Positions 11,597 through 25,421 of a stretch of 64,000 nt of DNA are shown here, piece by piece. Within the stretch, counting starts at the first letter, position 1; each line of letters begins with the position of its first letter. The notes beneath the pieces were generated by a model. That model worked only from the letters and a program-made list of their open reading frames with translations. It made no database searches and had not been told where the DNA came from. Source of the stretch: Macrostomum lignano. Lineage: Eukaryota. The stretch is from the NCBI GenBank assembly GCA_002269645.1, contig NIVC01002897.1:67273-131272 (forward strand), in the 5' to 3' direction. The translations under genes and the position numbers were made by a program.

Positions 11597-13380
11597 GTTG
11601 ATAGATGAGAGATGATAGATGAGAGATGATAGATGAGAGATGATAGATGAGAGATGAGGGATGATAGATGATAGTCGATAGATGATAGATGATAGTCGAT
11701 AGATGATAGATGATAGATGAGAGATGATAGATGAGAGATGAGGGATGATACCAGGTAGATGATAGTCGATAGATGATAGATGATAGTCGATAGATGATAG
11801 ATAATAGATGATAGATGATAGATGATAGATGAGAGATGATAGATGAGAGATGATAGATGAGAGATGATAGGTGAGAGATGATAGATGATAGATGATAGAT
11901 GATAGATGATAGATGATAGATGAGAGATGATAGATGAGAGATGATAGGTGAGAGATGATAGATGATAGATGATAGATGAGAGATGATAGATGAGAGATGA
12001 TAGGTGAGAGATGATAGATGATAGATGATAGATGAGAGATGATAGGTGAGAGATGATAGATGAGAGATGATAGATGATAGATGATAGATGAGAGATGATA
12101 GATGATAGATGATAGTTGATAGATGATAGATGATAGTCGATAGATGATAGATGATAGATGATAGTCGATAGATGATAGGTGAGAGATGATAGATGATAGA
12201 TGATAGATGAGAGATGATAGATGAGAGATGATAGGTGAGAGATGATAGATGATAGATGATAGATGAGAGATGATAGGTGAGAGATGATAGATGAGAGATG
12301 ATAGATGATAGATGATAGATGAGAGATGATAGATGATAGATGATAGATGATAGATGATAGATGATAGTCGATAGATGATAGATGATAGATGATAGTCGAT
12401 AGATGATAGATGAGAGATGATAGATGAGAGATGATAGATGATAGTCGATAGATGATAGATGATAGATGAGAGATGATAGATGATAGATGAGAGATGATAG
12501 ATGAGAGATGAGAGATGATAGATAATAGATGATAGATGAGAGATGATAGATGATAGATGAGAGATGATAGATGATAGATGAGAGATGATAGATGATAGAT
12601 GATAGATGAGAGATGAGAGATGATAGATGATAGATGAGAGATGATAGATGATAGATGAGAGATGATAGATGATAGATGAGAGATGATAGATGATAGATGA
12701 TAGATGAGAGATGAGAGATGATAGATGATAGATGAGAGATGATAGATGATAGATGAGAGATGATAGATGATAGATGAGAGATGAGAGATGATAGATGATA
12801 GATGATAGATGATAGATGAGAGATGATAGATGATAGATGATAGATGAGAGATGATAGATGATAGATGAGAGATGAGAGATGATAGATGATAGATGAGAGA
12901 TGAGAGATGAGAGATGATAGATGATAGATGAGAGATGATAGATGATAGATGATAGATGATAGATGATAGATGATCGATGATAGATGATAGATGAGAGATG
13001 AGAGATGATAGATAATAGATGATAGATGAGAGATGATAGATGATAGATGAGAGATGATAGATGATAGATGAGAGATGATAGATGATAGATGATAGATGAG
13101 AGATGAGAGATGATAGATGAGAGATGATAGATGATAGATGATAGATGATAGATGATAGTTGATAGATGATAGATGATAGATGATAGATGATAGATGATAG
13201 ATGATAGATGATAGATGATAGATGATAGATGATAGATGATAGATGATAGTTGAGAGATGATAGATGATAGATGATAGTTGATAGATGATAGATGATAGTT
13301 GATAGATGATAGATGATAGATGATAGATGATAGATGAGAGATGATAGTTGATAGATGATAGATGAAAGATGATAGATGAT
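11597..13380. repeat. 7-bp-period purine-rich array (GATAGAT/GAGAGAT, minor GATAGTC, GATAGGT, GATAGTT)
   Basis: Read directly; ends about 100 bp before the innexin ATG. Confidence 0.96.
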
Positions 13381-13477
13381 AATTTTATGTTAATTTATTA
13401 TTTATTTGTTAGTTAATTTATGGCTAATAAATGCATAGAAACTCAAATCCAATATAATTTATCCCTCAATTGTCAGG

Positions 13478-13787
13478 ATGAATTTCGACTTCTTCCTGAA
13501 GGTGAACCAGTTTCGCGTCAGTTTCAGCCAATACGCCTCCGCTGAAGACTTTATCGATGTGCTCAACTACCTGGTCACCCCGGCCATTTTAATTTTCTTT
13601 GCCGGCATCTCCGCATCAAAGCAGTATTTGTTCACGCCGATTCAGTGCTGGTCCATTATTGAAACTGCCTCTACTCAGCGTATGGAATACGTAGAGAACC
13701 TCTGCTGGATCGAGAACATGTACTATTGGCCTCAGACTGCCACCCTGCCCAAGAATACTCAAGTTGAAAGACGGGAAAGAAAGATGT
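13478..13787 (+). CDS. inx: Innexin (gap-junction protein), coding exon 1
   Basis: MNFDFF...EDFIDVLNYLVT...KQY..TPIQCW...YVENLCWIEN matches the innexin N-terminus, TM1 and first Cys pair. Donor T|GTGAGT at 13788, phase 1. Confidence 0.92.
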
Positions 13788-13967
13788 GTGAGTTTGCTAT
13801 CTGAGAATATTTTTGCTTGCATTCGTTCAAGAAGATGAATCAAAATAATGAGGCTGAACCAGAATTTGGATGCGAAGGTTTCTAAAGAATTTATTGTGCT
13901 TTGTAGATAAACAACCTGTTTTATACCGATTTAGAATATAGTAATCCACTGATGGCCTTTATCGTTC

Positions 13968-14169
13968 TGTCAGTCAGTCGGTCAGTCAGTCAGTCAGTCA
14001 GTCAGTCAGTCAGTCAGTCAGTCAGTCAGTCAGTCAGTCAGTCAGTCAGTCAGTCAGTCAGTCAGTCAGTCAGTCAGTCAGTCAGTCAGTCAGTCAGTCA
14101 GTCAGTCAGTCACCCACTCACTCAAGTCAGTCAGTCAGTCAGTCAGTCAGTCAGTCAGTCAGTCAGTCA

Positions 14170-14229
<60 letters not shown>

Positions 14230-14232
14230 GCC

Positions 14233-14325
<93 letters not shown>
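13968..14325. repeat. Compound microsatellite (GTCA)n then (GTCT)n in the innexin intron
   Basis: Read directly. Confidence 0.97.
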
Positions 14326-14934
14326 GGCATTTTCGCGCGCACACAAGCACCCAATGCTCTTGCAGAGTGAGTTAGCTCGATGTATTTACAAGTCCATATT
14401 CAATCAAGTCCTAGAAAAATATAAAGTTTGAATCCAGGAGGGCGAAACCACGAGGCAGCCCCGCACCCAACCTACCTGATCGACATTTGCGGCGAGTTTC
14501 AAGCGAAAAAAAAACACAATTTAGTCAACGGCCTGAAACTTTTCACGCTGAAACCACCGTCCCGTCTGGTGACGAAAGCAAGAGAGATGGACTGCGATCT
14601 TTTTCTCGTCTTTGCCGCTAGCCTTGCCGCCTTGTGTTAATAGTCCGCTTCGTGGGTGCGGGATTTAGTCAGTCGGTACCGATTTTTGCTCGCAAATTCT
14701 GTGGGATGCATTTTTCCTCGTCTCTTGTTAATTCGTCTTGGAACCTGTTATTTCTAGGGATCTTTGGGTGATCTATCGTTGCTTTTTACACAGCAATGTA
14801 TTTGGCGCATGCAGACGGTAGCCTATGGGAACACTTCTGATGCTATTGTCTAAGCCAGGGGTCGGCCAACTCCGGCCTTCGGGTCCTTTGAAACTCTCTT
14901 TAACAGCAATCCGGTCCGCTCAGGGTTTGTGTCT

Positions 14935-15867
14935 CTTCTCAGCTCTCTCCTCTCTCCCTACTCACCCCTATTCCCTCTCTTCCCTCTCTCCTCTTATCTT
15001 TTCTCTGTCTCTCACTCCCCTCTCGCCCTCTCTCCCTACTCACCCTTTTCTCCCCTCTTCCCTATCTCCCCTCTCTCCCTCTCTCCCCCTCTCCCCTCTC
15101 TCCCTCTCTCCCTCTCTCCTCTCTTCCCTCTCCTCTCTCCCTCTCTCCCTCTTTCCCTCTCTCCCCCTCTCCCCTCTCTCCCTCTCTCCTCTCTCCCCTC
15201 TCTCCTCTCTCCCCTCTCTCCTCTCTCCCCTCTCTCCCCTCTTCCCTCTCTCCTCTCTCCCCTCTCCTCTCTCCCCTCTCTCCTCTCTCCCTCTCTCCCC
15301 TCTCTCCCCTCTCTCCTCTCTCCCCTCTCTCCCCTCTTCCCTCTCTCCTCTCTCCCCTCTCTCCCCTCTTCCCTCTATCCTCTCTCCCCTCTCTCCTCTC
15401 TCCACTCTCTCCTCTCTCCTCTCTCCCCTCTCTCCCCTCTTCCCTCTCTCCTCTCTCCCCTCTTCCCTCTCTCCTCTCTCCCTTCTTTCCTCTCTCCCCT
15501 CTCTCCCCTCTCTCCCTCTCTCCCCTCTCTCCCCTCTCCCCTCTCTCCCCTCTCTCCTCTCTCCCCTCTCTCCCCTCTTCCCTCTCTCCTCTCTCCCCTC
15601 TCCCCTCTCTCCTCTCTCCCTTCTTTCCTCTCTCCCCTCTTTCCCCTCTCGCTTCTCACCCCTCTCTCCTCTCTCCCTCTCTCTCCTCTCTCTCCTCTCT
15701 CCTCTCTCCCTTCTTTCCTCTCTCCCCTCTTTCCCCTCTCGCTTCTCACCCCTCTCTCCCCTCTCTCCCCTCTCTCCCTCTCTCCCCTCTCTCCCCTCTC
15801 TCCCCTCTTCCCTCTCTCCTCTCTCCCCTCTCCCCTCTCTCCTCTCTCCCCTCTCTCCTCTCTCCCC
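14935..15867. repeat. Polypyrimidine/polypurine low-complexity tract (CTCTCCC-type)
   Basis: About 930 bp, almost only C/T on the + strand. Confidence 0.96.
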
Positions 15868-17527
15868 AATGTGAGCCAATACAGGGAATTTCGTGTGAAA
15901 CATTTTCTTTTCTCTACACTTCTGAGTAAAACAGTTCACTTTCTTTACTTACAAAAAAATCAGATTGCAGGCACCTAAATTTATTCTTCAGATCTTAGAT
16001 GATGATGCATATAGTGCGATAAGAACTATGAATGACTGATTAAAACTGCCAACACTAACAAGCAATAAGATTCTGTTTATTCGAGGCGTTGGCTCGGATT
16101 ATAACCAATTTTTTTCTGGATTGAAATTGCAAATGAAGCTCTCCGGTTTTATGTCCCTTGTGCTTGCAATTTGTGGATATCGAATTCGCTAGCAAATAAT
16201 GCAGACTTAAAGTCCAACCGCATGTGGGTTCACCAGCATATGTGGGTTCACCATGCTTGTGGATTTTATCGTCAGTAGGTAAACGCGCAATATTAATGTT
16301 AGAAACAAGCGCTTTTTTATTCTGTTTTGTTCTGCAGTTGAACAAATCGTAAAAATAACAGCTTTAACAGAAAAAATAGCGCATGCGGGATATGATGTAC
16401 CATCGGTTTCGTCTTATTTTAATTGCCAACCTGCTAACCTGGTACAGCGGGTAAAATCGTCTGACTTTCGCTTTACGACACGTTCAAAGCTATAAGACTT
16501 CGTTTAAACAAATTTATTTAGCGTTATTTTAATTTTTAAACGAATTTTTTAAACGTGAAATTTAGGATTTTATTTTAGCGAAACAATAAAGTTGCAGAAA
16601 AAAGAAGAAAAGATAAAGGAACTTCTGCTCCAGTAATACTGTACTGTAACTTAAGGAAAAAGGGAATTAGTAATGTAGATAACATCGACAGAACAGCAAG
16701 TATACAAATGCCTTATTTTATACTATAGGCCAAGCATATAGTTGTGCATATGTAGGTAAGGGAAACGTCTATGCCCCTCAGCAGGTTATCCGATTATGCT
16801 ATCAATAGTGCAAAATCAAATGTTAATTCAATCATTTTCGCTGGTTACATGCTGCTTAGCGTGTTAGTCATAAGAATATCAACATGGTACATGTAGTACT
16901 TGATGCATAATACACTTCTAAATTTAGTCATGACCAATGCATGTCAATTTATCTACATGTTATAATAGAATAGTTGCTAGTCGAGTTGGGTTAGTGCATT
17001 TACCATCAAGTTAAGCAGAGTTGGTCGTGGTTAGTACGCAGTTATATAGACAAACGTCAAGACTCAAACTTAACTGACCCTCACCCTAACTCGCCCTAAC
17101 TCATTTTTAGTAAAAATGATAAAATATCCATAATAGGGTTTAAGAAACGGCAGAATTTAGCTAGCATCCAAAGTATAAGGCCCCAAAAAGTCTGCATATG
17201 ACGGCGTGTCAATATCTAAGAAACCACGTGCTTCTCCATATACACTCTTAGACTTCGAAGTGCGAAGTCCGTGATAACATTTGATTTATAACTTTACTAA
17301 TCAGATATACACACATTTATGTCCATAGCTAAGTAACAGCAATAGCACCCTACACCAATGGGAATTGCCTCCACAGCCCAAGTAGTGAATTATGTGCTGT
17401 TGTTGCAACAGATCCGTGAACAGAATCAGCCATATGTGATATATTTCTAACTTCATTATCTTCATATTCCTGATTTAAAAGTACGTGTCTGATCTATATT
17501 GAAAAGGTTATTCTAAAGTTTAGCTTG

Positions 17528-18582
17528 ATGCTGGCGCCCCTTGGTGCTGGCGCCCCTTGGTGCTGGCGCCCCTTGGTGCTGGCGCCCCTTGGTGCTGGCG
17601 CCCCTTGGTGCTGGCGCCCCTTGGTGCTGGCGCCCCTTGGTGCTGGCGCCCCTTGGTGCTGGCGCCCCTTGGTGCTGGCGCCCCTTGGTGCTAAAGCCCC
17701 TTGGTGCTAAAGCCCCTTGGTGCTAAAGCCCCTTGGTGCTAAAGCCCCTTGGTGCTAAAGCCCCTTGGTGCTAAAGCCCCTTGGTGCTAAAGCCCCTTGG
17801 TGCTGGCGCCCCTTGGTGCTAAAGCCCCTTGGTGCTGGCGCCCCTTGGTGCTGGCGCCCCTTGGTGCTGGCGCCCCTTGGTGCTGGCGCCCCTTGGTGCT
17901 AAAGCCCCTTGGTGCTAAAGCCCCTTGGTGCTAAAGCCCCTTGGTGCTAAAGCCCCTTGGTGCTAAAGCCCCTTGGTGCTAAAGCCCCTTGGTGCTAAAG
18001 CCCCTTGGTGCTGGCGCCCCTTGGTGCTGGCGCCCCTTGGTGCTGGCGCCCCTTGGTGCTGGCGCCCCTTGGTGCTGGCGCCCCTTGGTGCTGGCGCCCC
18101 TTGGTGCTGGCGCCCCTTGGTGCTGGCGCCCCTTGGTGCTAAAGCCCCTTGGTGCTAAAGCCCCTTGGTGCTAAAGCCCCTTGGTGCTAAAGCCCCTTGG
18201 TGCTAAAGCCCCTTGGTGCTAAAGCCCCTTGGTGCTAAAGCCCCTTGGTGCTAAAGCCCCTTGGTGCTAAAGCCCCTTGGTGCTAAAGCCCCTTGGTGCT
18301 AAAGCCCCTTGGTGCTAAAGCCCCTTGGTGCTAAAGCCCCTTGGTGCTAAAGCCCCTTGGTGCTAAAGCCCCTTGGTGCTAAAGCCCCTTGGTGCTAAAG
18401 CCCCTTGGTGCTAAAGCCCCTTGGTGCTAAAGCCCCTTGGTGCTAAAGCCCCTTGGTGCTAAAGCCCCTTGGTGCTAAAGCCCCTTGGTGCTAAAGCCCC
18501 TTGGTGCTAAAGCCCCTTGGTGCTAAAGCCCCTTGGTGCTAAAGCCCCTTGGTGCTAAAGCCCCTTGGTGCTAAAGCCCCTT
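17528..18582. repeat. 16-mer array with two alternating variants GGCGCCCCTTGGTGCT / AAAGCCCCTTGGTGCT
   Basis: About 66 units read directly, in blocks. Confidence 0.97.
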
Positions 18583-19334
18583 ACTAAGCCGCTCCCAAAG
18601 ACCTATGGCTTAAGAATAAGTCAAATGGAGCATAAATAACTGCTTTGGCATTTCCTCATAGATTCACAATAAAACAGCCAGTCAGCATCCAGTTTTTTGT
18701 GTGGCCAAATTTTTAGGCTATAAGAAAGCGATATTTTGACACTTCCCTTATGCTCGCTATATGGCTAATACGCTTGCCAGTGGGAAGAATTACCCCTCTG
18801 GGAATTCGGCCAGTGTAAGAAATCCTGACTCAGAGGCAGAGCTACACTTTATCGCCCCAAGGATTTTTCCCTTCCCTATTTTGCCTTGTCCCGAATTTTT
18901 ATGAGTCTCCAACGCTCAGGGACGGGGAAATGACGGATAGAGGGGAAAACGGCGATCCGGGGGGGGGGAGGAAAAGACCATTAAAAGCAACGCCGCGTGG
19001 AGCAGAAAAAAGTAAGATAAACCAATATTTTCTGTGTGCTTTTTTTTTCACCATTTCATATAAGTTCGATAATTAAGATTGTCTGTTCAGACTCCACTTC
19101 CTGTTTAGCGTGATTGTCTCTAAGATTGGTGGGCTGTGTGGACTGTGTCTTCGTTACCCGCCCTTCAGGGTCTGCGTGGCCTGACCTACAACTATTAGCA
19201 TTATTTCCGCTGAGCTTACAGTTAAATTTCTTCTGTTTTAGGTTTGCTAATCTAAGGCTGCGCTTTTTGTTGCTAAAAATAGACGGAGTTTAAACAAATC
19301 TTTTTTGACAACTGATCTTAAAAATATGTGATTT

Positions 19335-19675
19335 CATGACATCAGATTTGGCGCAATTATGACATCAGATTTGGCCCCATTATGACATCAGATTTGGCCC
19401 CATTATGACATCAGATTTGGCCCCATTATGACATCAGATTTGGCGCCATTATGACATCAGATTTGGCGCCATTATGACATCAGATTTGGCGCTATTTTGA
19501 CATCAGATTTGGCACCATTATGACATCAGATTTGGCGCTATTTTGACATCAGATTTGGCGCCATTATGACATCAGATTTGGCGCCATTATGACATCAGAT
19601 TTCGCGCCATTATGACATCAGATTTGGCGCGAGTAAGACATCAGATTTGGCGCCATTATGACATCAGATTTGGCT
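19335..19675. repeat. 23-mer array ATTATGACATCAGATTTGGCGCC
   Basis: About 14-15 units read directly. Confidence 0.95.
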
Positions 19676-20325
19676 TGAGGGAGCTAAACACGCACTTTCA
19701 AAGCAGAATAACCAACCAGGCAGAGTAAATGAACTGACTATTTTTTCCGAAAAAATAGTTTGAAATCTAGGCCTATAGTAGTTACGTTAGAACTTTAAAT
19801 AATTAATTAATATGGTTTTATTGCTTTAGCAATATAAACTGGTCCCAGATTTGGATCGAGGCCTGAATAAGCACCAACGCTATTCTACTTAGTGAATACT
19901 GAATCCTGGAATATCCCCAGATCTTCTGTAGAATTTACAGCAGTGCTTAAATACTTAAACGACCACTTGGAAACTGGATTTTCGTGAAACCGCTTCTGTT
20001 ATTAAAACTGTTCAGTTCAGGCATTATCTATTATCTTGTTGAAGCATTGAAGGGCCCTGCTTACAGTCTGAGGATGAACAGTACCTTCAATCTAAAGAAC
20101 TGCAACTGCAAATGCGATTGAAATGCGAGCTGTCAAGAAGCTAAGCGTTTCTGATCGATGGTCAGCCCCGCCTGTGCCGCACGCGGACCCGGGCATGCGC
20201 TGTCATGTCAGAGATTGGTTTCGATTGATAACGCCAGATTTCGGGAGGCGGGAAGTACCGTAGAATGATTGCGCCATGTAGTTCATAGTCTTTTGCCTTG
20301 AAATAATGCACTTCTGCTTGCTGAC

Positions 20326-20907
<582 letters not shown>

Positions 20908-20933
20908 AACCAACAGCCGCCATCCCACTGCAG

Positions 20934-21835
20934 ACTATTACCAATGGGTGCCATTCATTTTGGCCCTACAAGCAGCCTGCTTCTACCTGCCCCGCATCTG
21001 CTGGCTGTTCCTTAGCAACCGGTTCGGCACCAGCATCATGGACATCATCCGGTTCGCTATGTCCTCAGCTACGGTGGATCAGGACAAACGACAGCGGATG
21101 GTGCAGTACCTGGCCGCGCACATTGAGAAAGTACTTTTCTATGCTCAGCCGTATAGAAGAGGTCGCTGGAACCAGTTGAAGTCCCGCTGCGCCCATATTT
21201 TCCCCTGCATCGTGCTCACCAAAAGAACCGGCTTTGTGCTGGTCGGCTCCTACCTGCTAATTAAACTGCTCTACGTGAAAAACTCGGCCCTACAGTTGGT
21301 GATCATGCAGGAGTTCCTAGGTATGAATCACACCTTGTGGGGACTGCAGCTGCTGGTGAATATGCTCACCCGGCGAGAATGGGAACAGACTGGGATCTTT
21401 CCTCGCGTAGCCAGGTGCGACGTACTGGTTGACAACGTTGGTCAGAGCAATCTGTACACAATGCAGTGCGTACTACCCAACAATATGCTTAACGAGAAGA
21501 TGTACTTGTTCCTGTGGCTGTGGACCTGGGCTGTGTTGCTGTTCACCGCTTGCTCCTTTCTCTCCTGGGCCATCTCGTCCACGATGCGGTCCTCGCGGCG
21601 TACCTTTATAAAAAAGTACCTGAAAATCATGACACCAATCCACGCGGACGAGAAAATGCTGGCCAAACGATTTGTCAACAATTTCCTTAGATATGACGGA
21701 GTGTTCATTCTGAAGATGATTCGGTACAATGCTGGCGACCTGGTCACAGCTGAGATTGTGCGAGAAATCTGGTACCGCTTCAAAGCAAAGAAGATTGACC
21801 CGCCGGTACTGCCACCATTGCTGCCTTCGCTGCAG

Positions 21836-21869
<34 letters not shown>

Positions 21870-22018
21870 TTATCGGCGAAATTCAGCAGCATCCGCCGGA
21901 AAGGCCGCCAAGGAAGTCGGCCTCAAACAATGGCAGCAATGCGGGAAATGATATTTACCGAGGCTTGGCTCACCTGGAACCGTCGGCGCCAGGTGATGAT
22001 AGCGCCAGTTACGTGTGA
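20934..22018 (+). CDS. inx: Innexin, coding exon 2 (total about 464 aa)
   Basis: Acceptor CAG 20931-33; splicing gives [17 protein letters not shown], then [26 protein letters not shown] and [16 protein letters not shown], all innexin hallmarks. Poly-Q tail, TGA at 22016-18. Confidence 0.94.
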
Positions 22019-22099
22019 GCTGCTGAGCCGCGGCGCTTTTAATGACGTTTTCTAAGCGGCATGACTGGATCTTTTCCTGACACTTTGTTTGAACCTCTC

Positions 22100-22990
22100 G
22101 AAAACTCCATGACTCCTATCTGACAACTCCATGACTCCTATCTGACAACTACATGACTTCTATCTGCCAACTCCATGACTCCTATCTGACAACTCCATGA
22201 CTCTGACCTGACAACTCCATGACTCCTATCTGCCAACTCCATGACTCCTATCTGACAACTCCATGACTCTGACCTGACAACTCCATGACTCCTATCTGCC
22301 AACTCCATGACTCCTATCTGACAACTCCATGACTCTGACCTGACAACTCCATGACTCCTTTCCTGACACTTTGTTTGAACTTCTCGAAAACTCCATGACT
22401 CCTATTTGACAAATCCATGACTCCAATATGTCAACTCCATGACTCCTATCTGACAACTCTATGACTCCTATCTGACAACTCCATGACTCCGATATGACAA
22501 CTCCATGACTCATACCCGACAACTCCATGACTCCTATCCGACAACTCCATGACTCCTATCTGACAACTCCATGACTCCTATCTGACAACTCCATGACTCC
22601 TATCTGACAACTCCATGACTCTGACCTGACAACTCCATGACTCCTATCTGACAACTCCATGACTCCTATCCGAAAACTCCATGACTCCTATCTGACAACT
22701 CCATGACTCCTATCTGACAACTCCATGACTCCTATCTGACAACTCCATGACTCCGATATGACAACTCCATGACTCCTATCTGACAACTCCATGACTCCTA
22801 TCTGACAACTCCATGACTCCGATATGACAACTCCATGGCTCTTATCTGACAACTCCATGACTCCTACCCGACAACTCCATGACTCCTATCTGACAACTCC
22901 ATGACTCCTACCCGACAACTCCATGACTCCTATCCGACAACTCTGTGACTCCTATCCGACAACTTAATGACTCTTATCTAGCTAACAACT
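22100..22990. repeat. 22-mer array CAACTCCATGACTCCTATCTGA just 3' of the innexin stop
   Basis: Period 22 (22212, 22234); about 40 units. Confidence 0.95.
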
Positions 22991-24499
22991 ACTTGACTCC
23001 TCTGACACCCCCATACTTATCGTATATGATTTTCCCTTACACCTATTAAGAACTTTTTAACTTTCCACAATTGTATTTTTTTAATTTAGTGCTTTAAAAT
23101 CTTAACTGCTCGAACAAATCTTTGATGTACGGATGCTTTTGAAGTCTCTCAATTGTGCTTTGTCACCTATAAAAATGTAATTAATTGGTTTGATGTTTCA
23201 CCTTAACTCCGTCATTTTTCATGCTTTTAATCTATGAAAATTGCGAAATTCTAAATTATGGTCATTTAACTAATTTAATCGATCAAGTAGAAAGTGATTA
23301 CTTGCTATACTGGGCTACTGGCATGTTTTTCGTTCTTTCAGGTTAAATTTTTCACTCACATGTACCTTTATTGACTGTGGTTTAAGTATTTTATTTATTC
23401 ATATATATTCTATTTTTTGTTTCAACAACTCGACTTAATTTTAACTTGAGATTGAATTTTATTTGTAATGTATATTGCTCTTTACTAAATATGCTACTTT
23501 GCTAAAATACGAGATCAATTCGTCCTTATCAGTTTACTTATAGTAGTAGTAAATGTGAATTTTTTTCGATTATGCCGTATTTTTCATGTTGAAATATGAT
23601 CATGTACTCTCGGTACCGTCGGTAGGGTAGCTTTTTTGAAATGAAATTTCATGACTAAAGTAAAATTAAAATTAAAATCTAAGTCAATTTTTTGTTTAAA
23701 GTGATGTTTTCGTAATGTTTCTTGTAACTGTTGGCACTGTCATAGAATTTAAGTAAACATTCTTCAACTAGATAAATTATAACAAACTAGAATATTTCGT
23801 TTATTTTTTAGAAAGGCATCCATTGAAAACGAAATTTATACAAGGGTGAGCATACTTCACCTTGCACATATTTGTTATTTAAAAAAACATTTGCTATATA
23901 TAAGGGTTTTATGACTTATAATTCAGAATATACTCGTAAACAACAATTCGGTTCAATTCATTATTTAAAATGATACGCGGGCAATTTATAGCTCGTAGAA
24001 ACTTTGAATTTTAAAACTCGAAAAATACCTGCTTGGATAAAAACAAATTCGGAGAAAAGTTTTAAATAACTGCGTAGGACGTTGTTTCCGAAAAGCAATT
24101 TTGAACTGATGTTAGACAAATATGGCTATTAAAATTGCGTGACAAAAGAAATCAATCAAAACATTTTTACCTTCTAATTAACCATCGCGTGCCAGAAAAA
24201 CCTTTCTTAAGGCATATCGTACATTCAAATACTTTTTTGAATCTTTTAGAAGTGTTCTACTTTGTGATTGATTCGATCAATTCGTATATCTAGTATTCTA
24301 AAAATGAAAATCTTGCTTGCTTGTCTAGTATTCTAAAAATGAAAATTCATCCTGTCTAAAATTGATTGACAACTTGACAGTTGTGTGCACGAATCATGAT
24401 TGAAGACCCAATTTGCGCTACTTAATTATTAGGCAGCTGTTTAAATTCATTCTTATCAAGCAATTTTGGACATTAATCCTCACACATCAGTACTCCGAT

Positions 24500-25421
24500 G
24501 GATAGTCCCAGTCCGATAGTCCCAGTCCGATAGTCCCAGTCCGATAGTCCCAGTCCGATAGTCCCAGTCCGATAGTCCCAGTCCGATAGTCCCAGTCCGA
24601 TAGTCCCAGTCCGATAGTCCCAGTCCGATAGTCCCAGTCCGATAGTCCCAGTCCGATAGTCCCAGTCCGATAGTCCCAGTCCGATAGTCCCAGTCCGATA
24701 GTCCCAGTCCGATAGTCCCAGTCCGATAGTCCCAGTCCGATAGTCCCAGTCCGATAGTCCCAGTCCGATAGTCCCAGTCCGATAGTCCCAGTCCGATAGT
24801 CCCAGTCCGATAGTCCCAGTCCGATAGTCCCAGTCCGATAGTCCCAGTCCGATAGTCCCAGTCCGATAGTCCCAGTCCGATAGTCCCAGTCCGATAGTCC
24901 CAGTCCGATAGTCCCAGTCCGATAGTCCCAGTCCGATAGTCCCAGTCCGATAGTCCCAGTCCGATAGTCCCAGTCCGATAGTCCCAGTCCGATAGTCCCA
25001 GTCCGATAGTCCCAGTCCGATAGTCCCAGTCCGATAGTCCCAGTCCGATAGTCCCAGTCCGATAGTCCCAGTCCGATAGTCCCAGTCCGATAGTCCCAGT
25101 CCGATAGTCCCAGTCCGATAGTCCCAGTCCGATAGTCCCAGTCCGATAGTCCCAGTCCGATAGTCCCAGTCCGATAGTCCCAGTCCGATAGTCCCAGTCC
25201 GATAGTCCCAGTCCGATAGTCCCAGTCCGATAGTCCCAGTCCGATAGTCCCAGTCCGATAGTCCCAGTCCGATAGTCCCAGTCCGATAGTCCCAGTCCGA
25301 TAGTCCCAGTCCGATAGTCCCAGTCCGATAGTCCCAGTCCGATAGTCCCAGTCCGATAGTCCCAGTCCGATAGTCCCAGTCCGATAGTCCCAGTCCGATA
25401 GTCCCAGTCCGATAGTCCCAG
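24500..25421. repeat. Perfect 14-mer array GATAGTCCCAGTCC
   Basis: About 66 units with no variant seen; degenerate CCCAGT tail to about 25630. Confidence 0.97.

Noticed and set aside
14855-14880. CAGGGGTCGGCCAACT, resembling a hAT/Charlie TIR
   Set aside because: No matching inverted end or TSD was found in the window.
14825-15978. S/P/L-rich and R/G/E-rich 300-350 aa ORFs
   Set aside because: They are translations of the CT tract.
20162-20325. Non-repetitive GC-richer minus-strand frame ([17 protein letters not shown]...) inside the innexin intron
   Set aside because: It is short and has no recognisable domain or supporting splice partner.
21429-22055. Alternative-frame and antisense ORFs over innexin (likewise over the GPCR, TOPORS and sdk exons)
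   Set aside because: Expected shadows of GC-rich coding sequence; no independent motifs.
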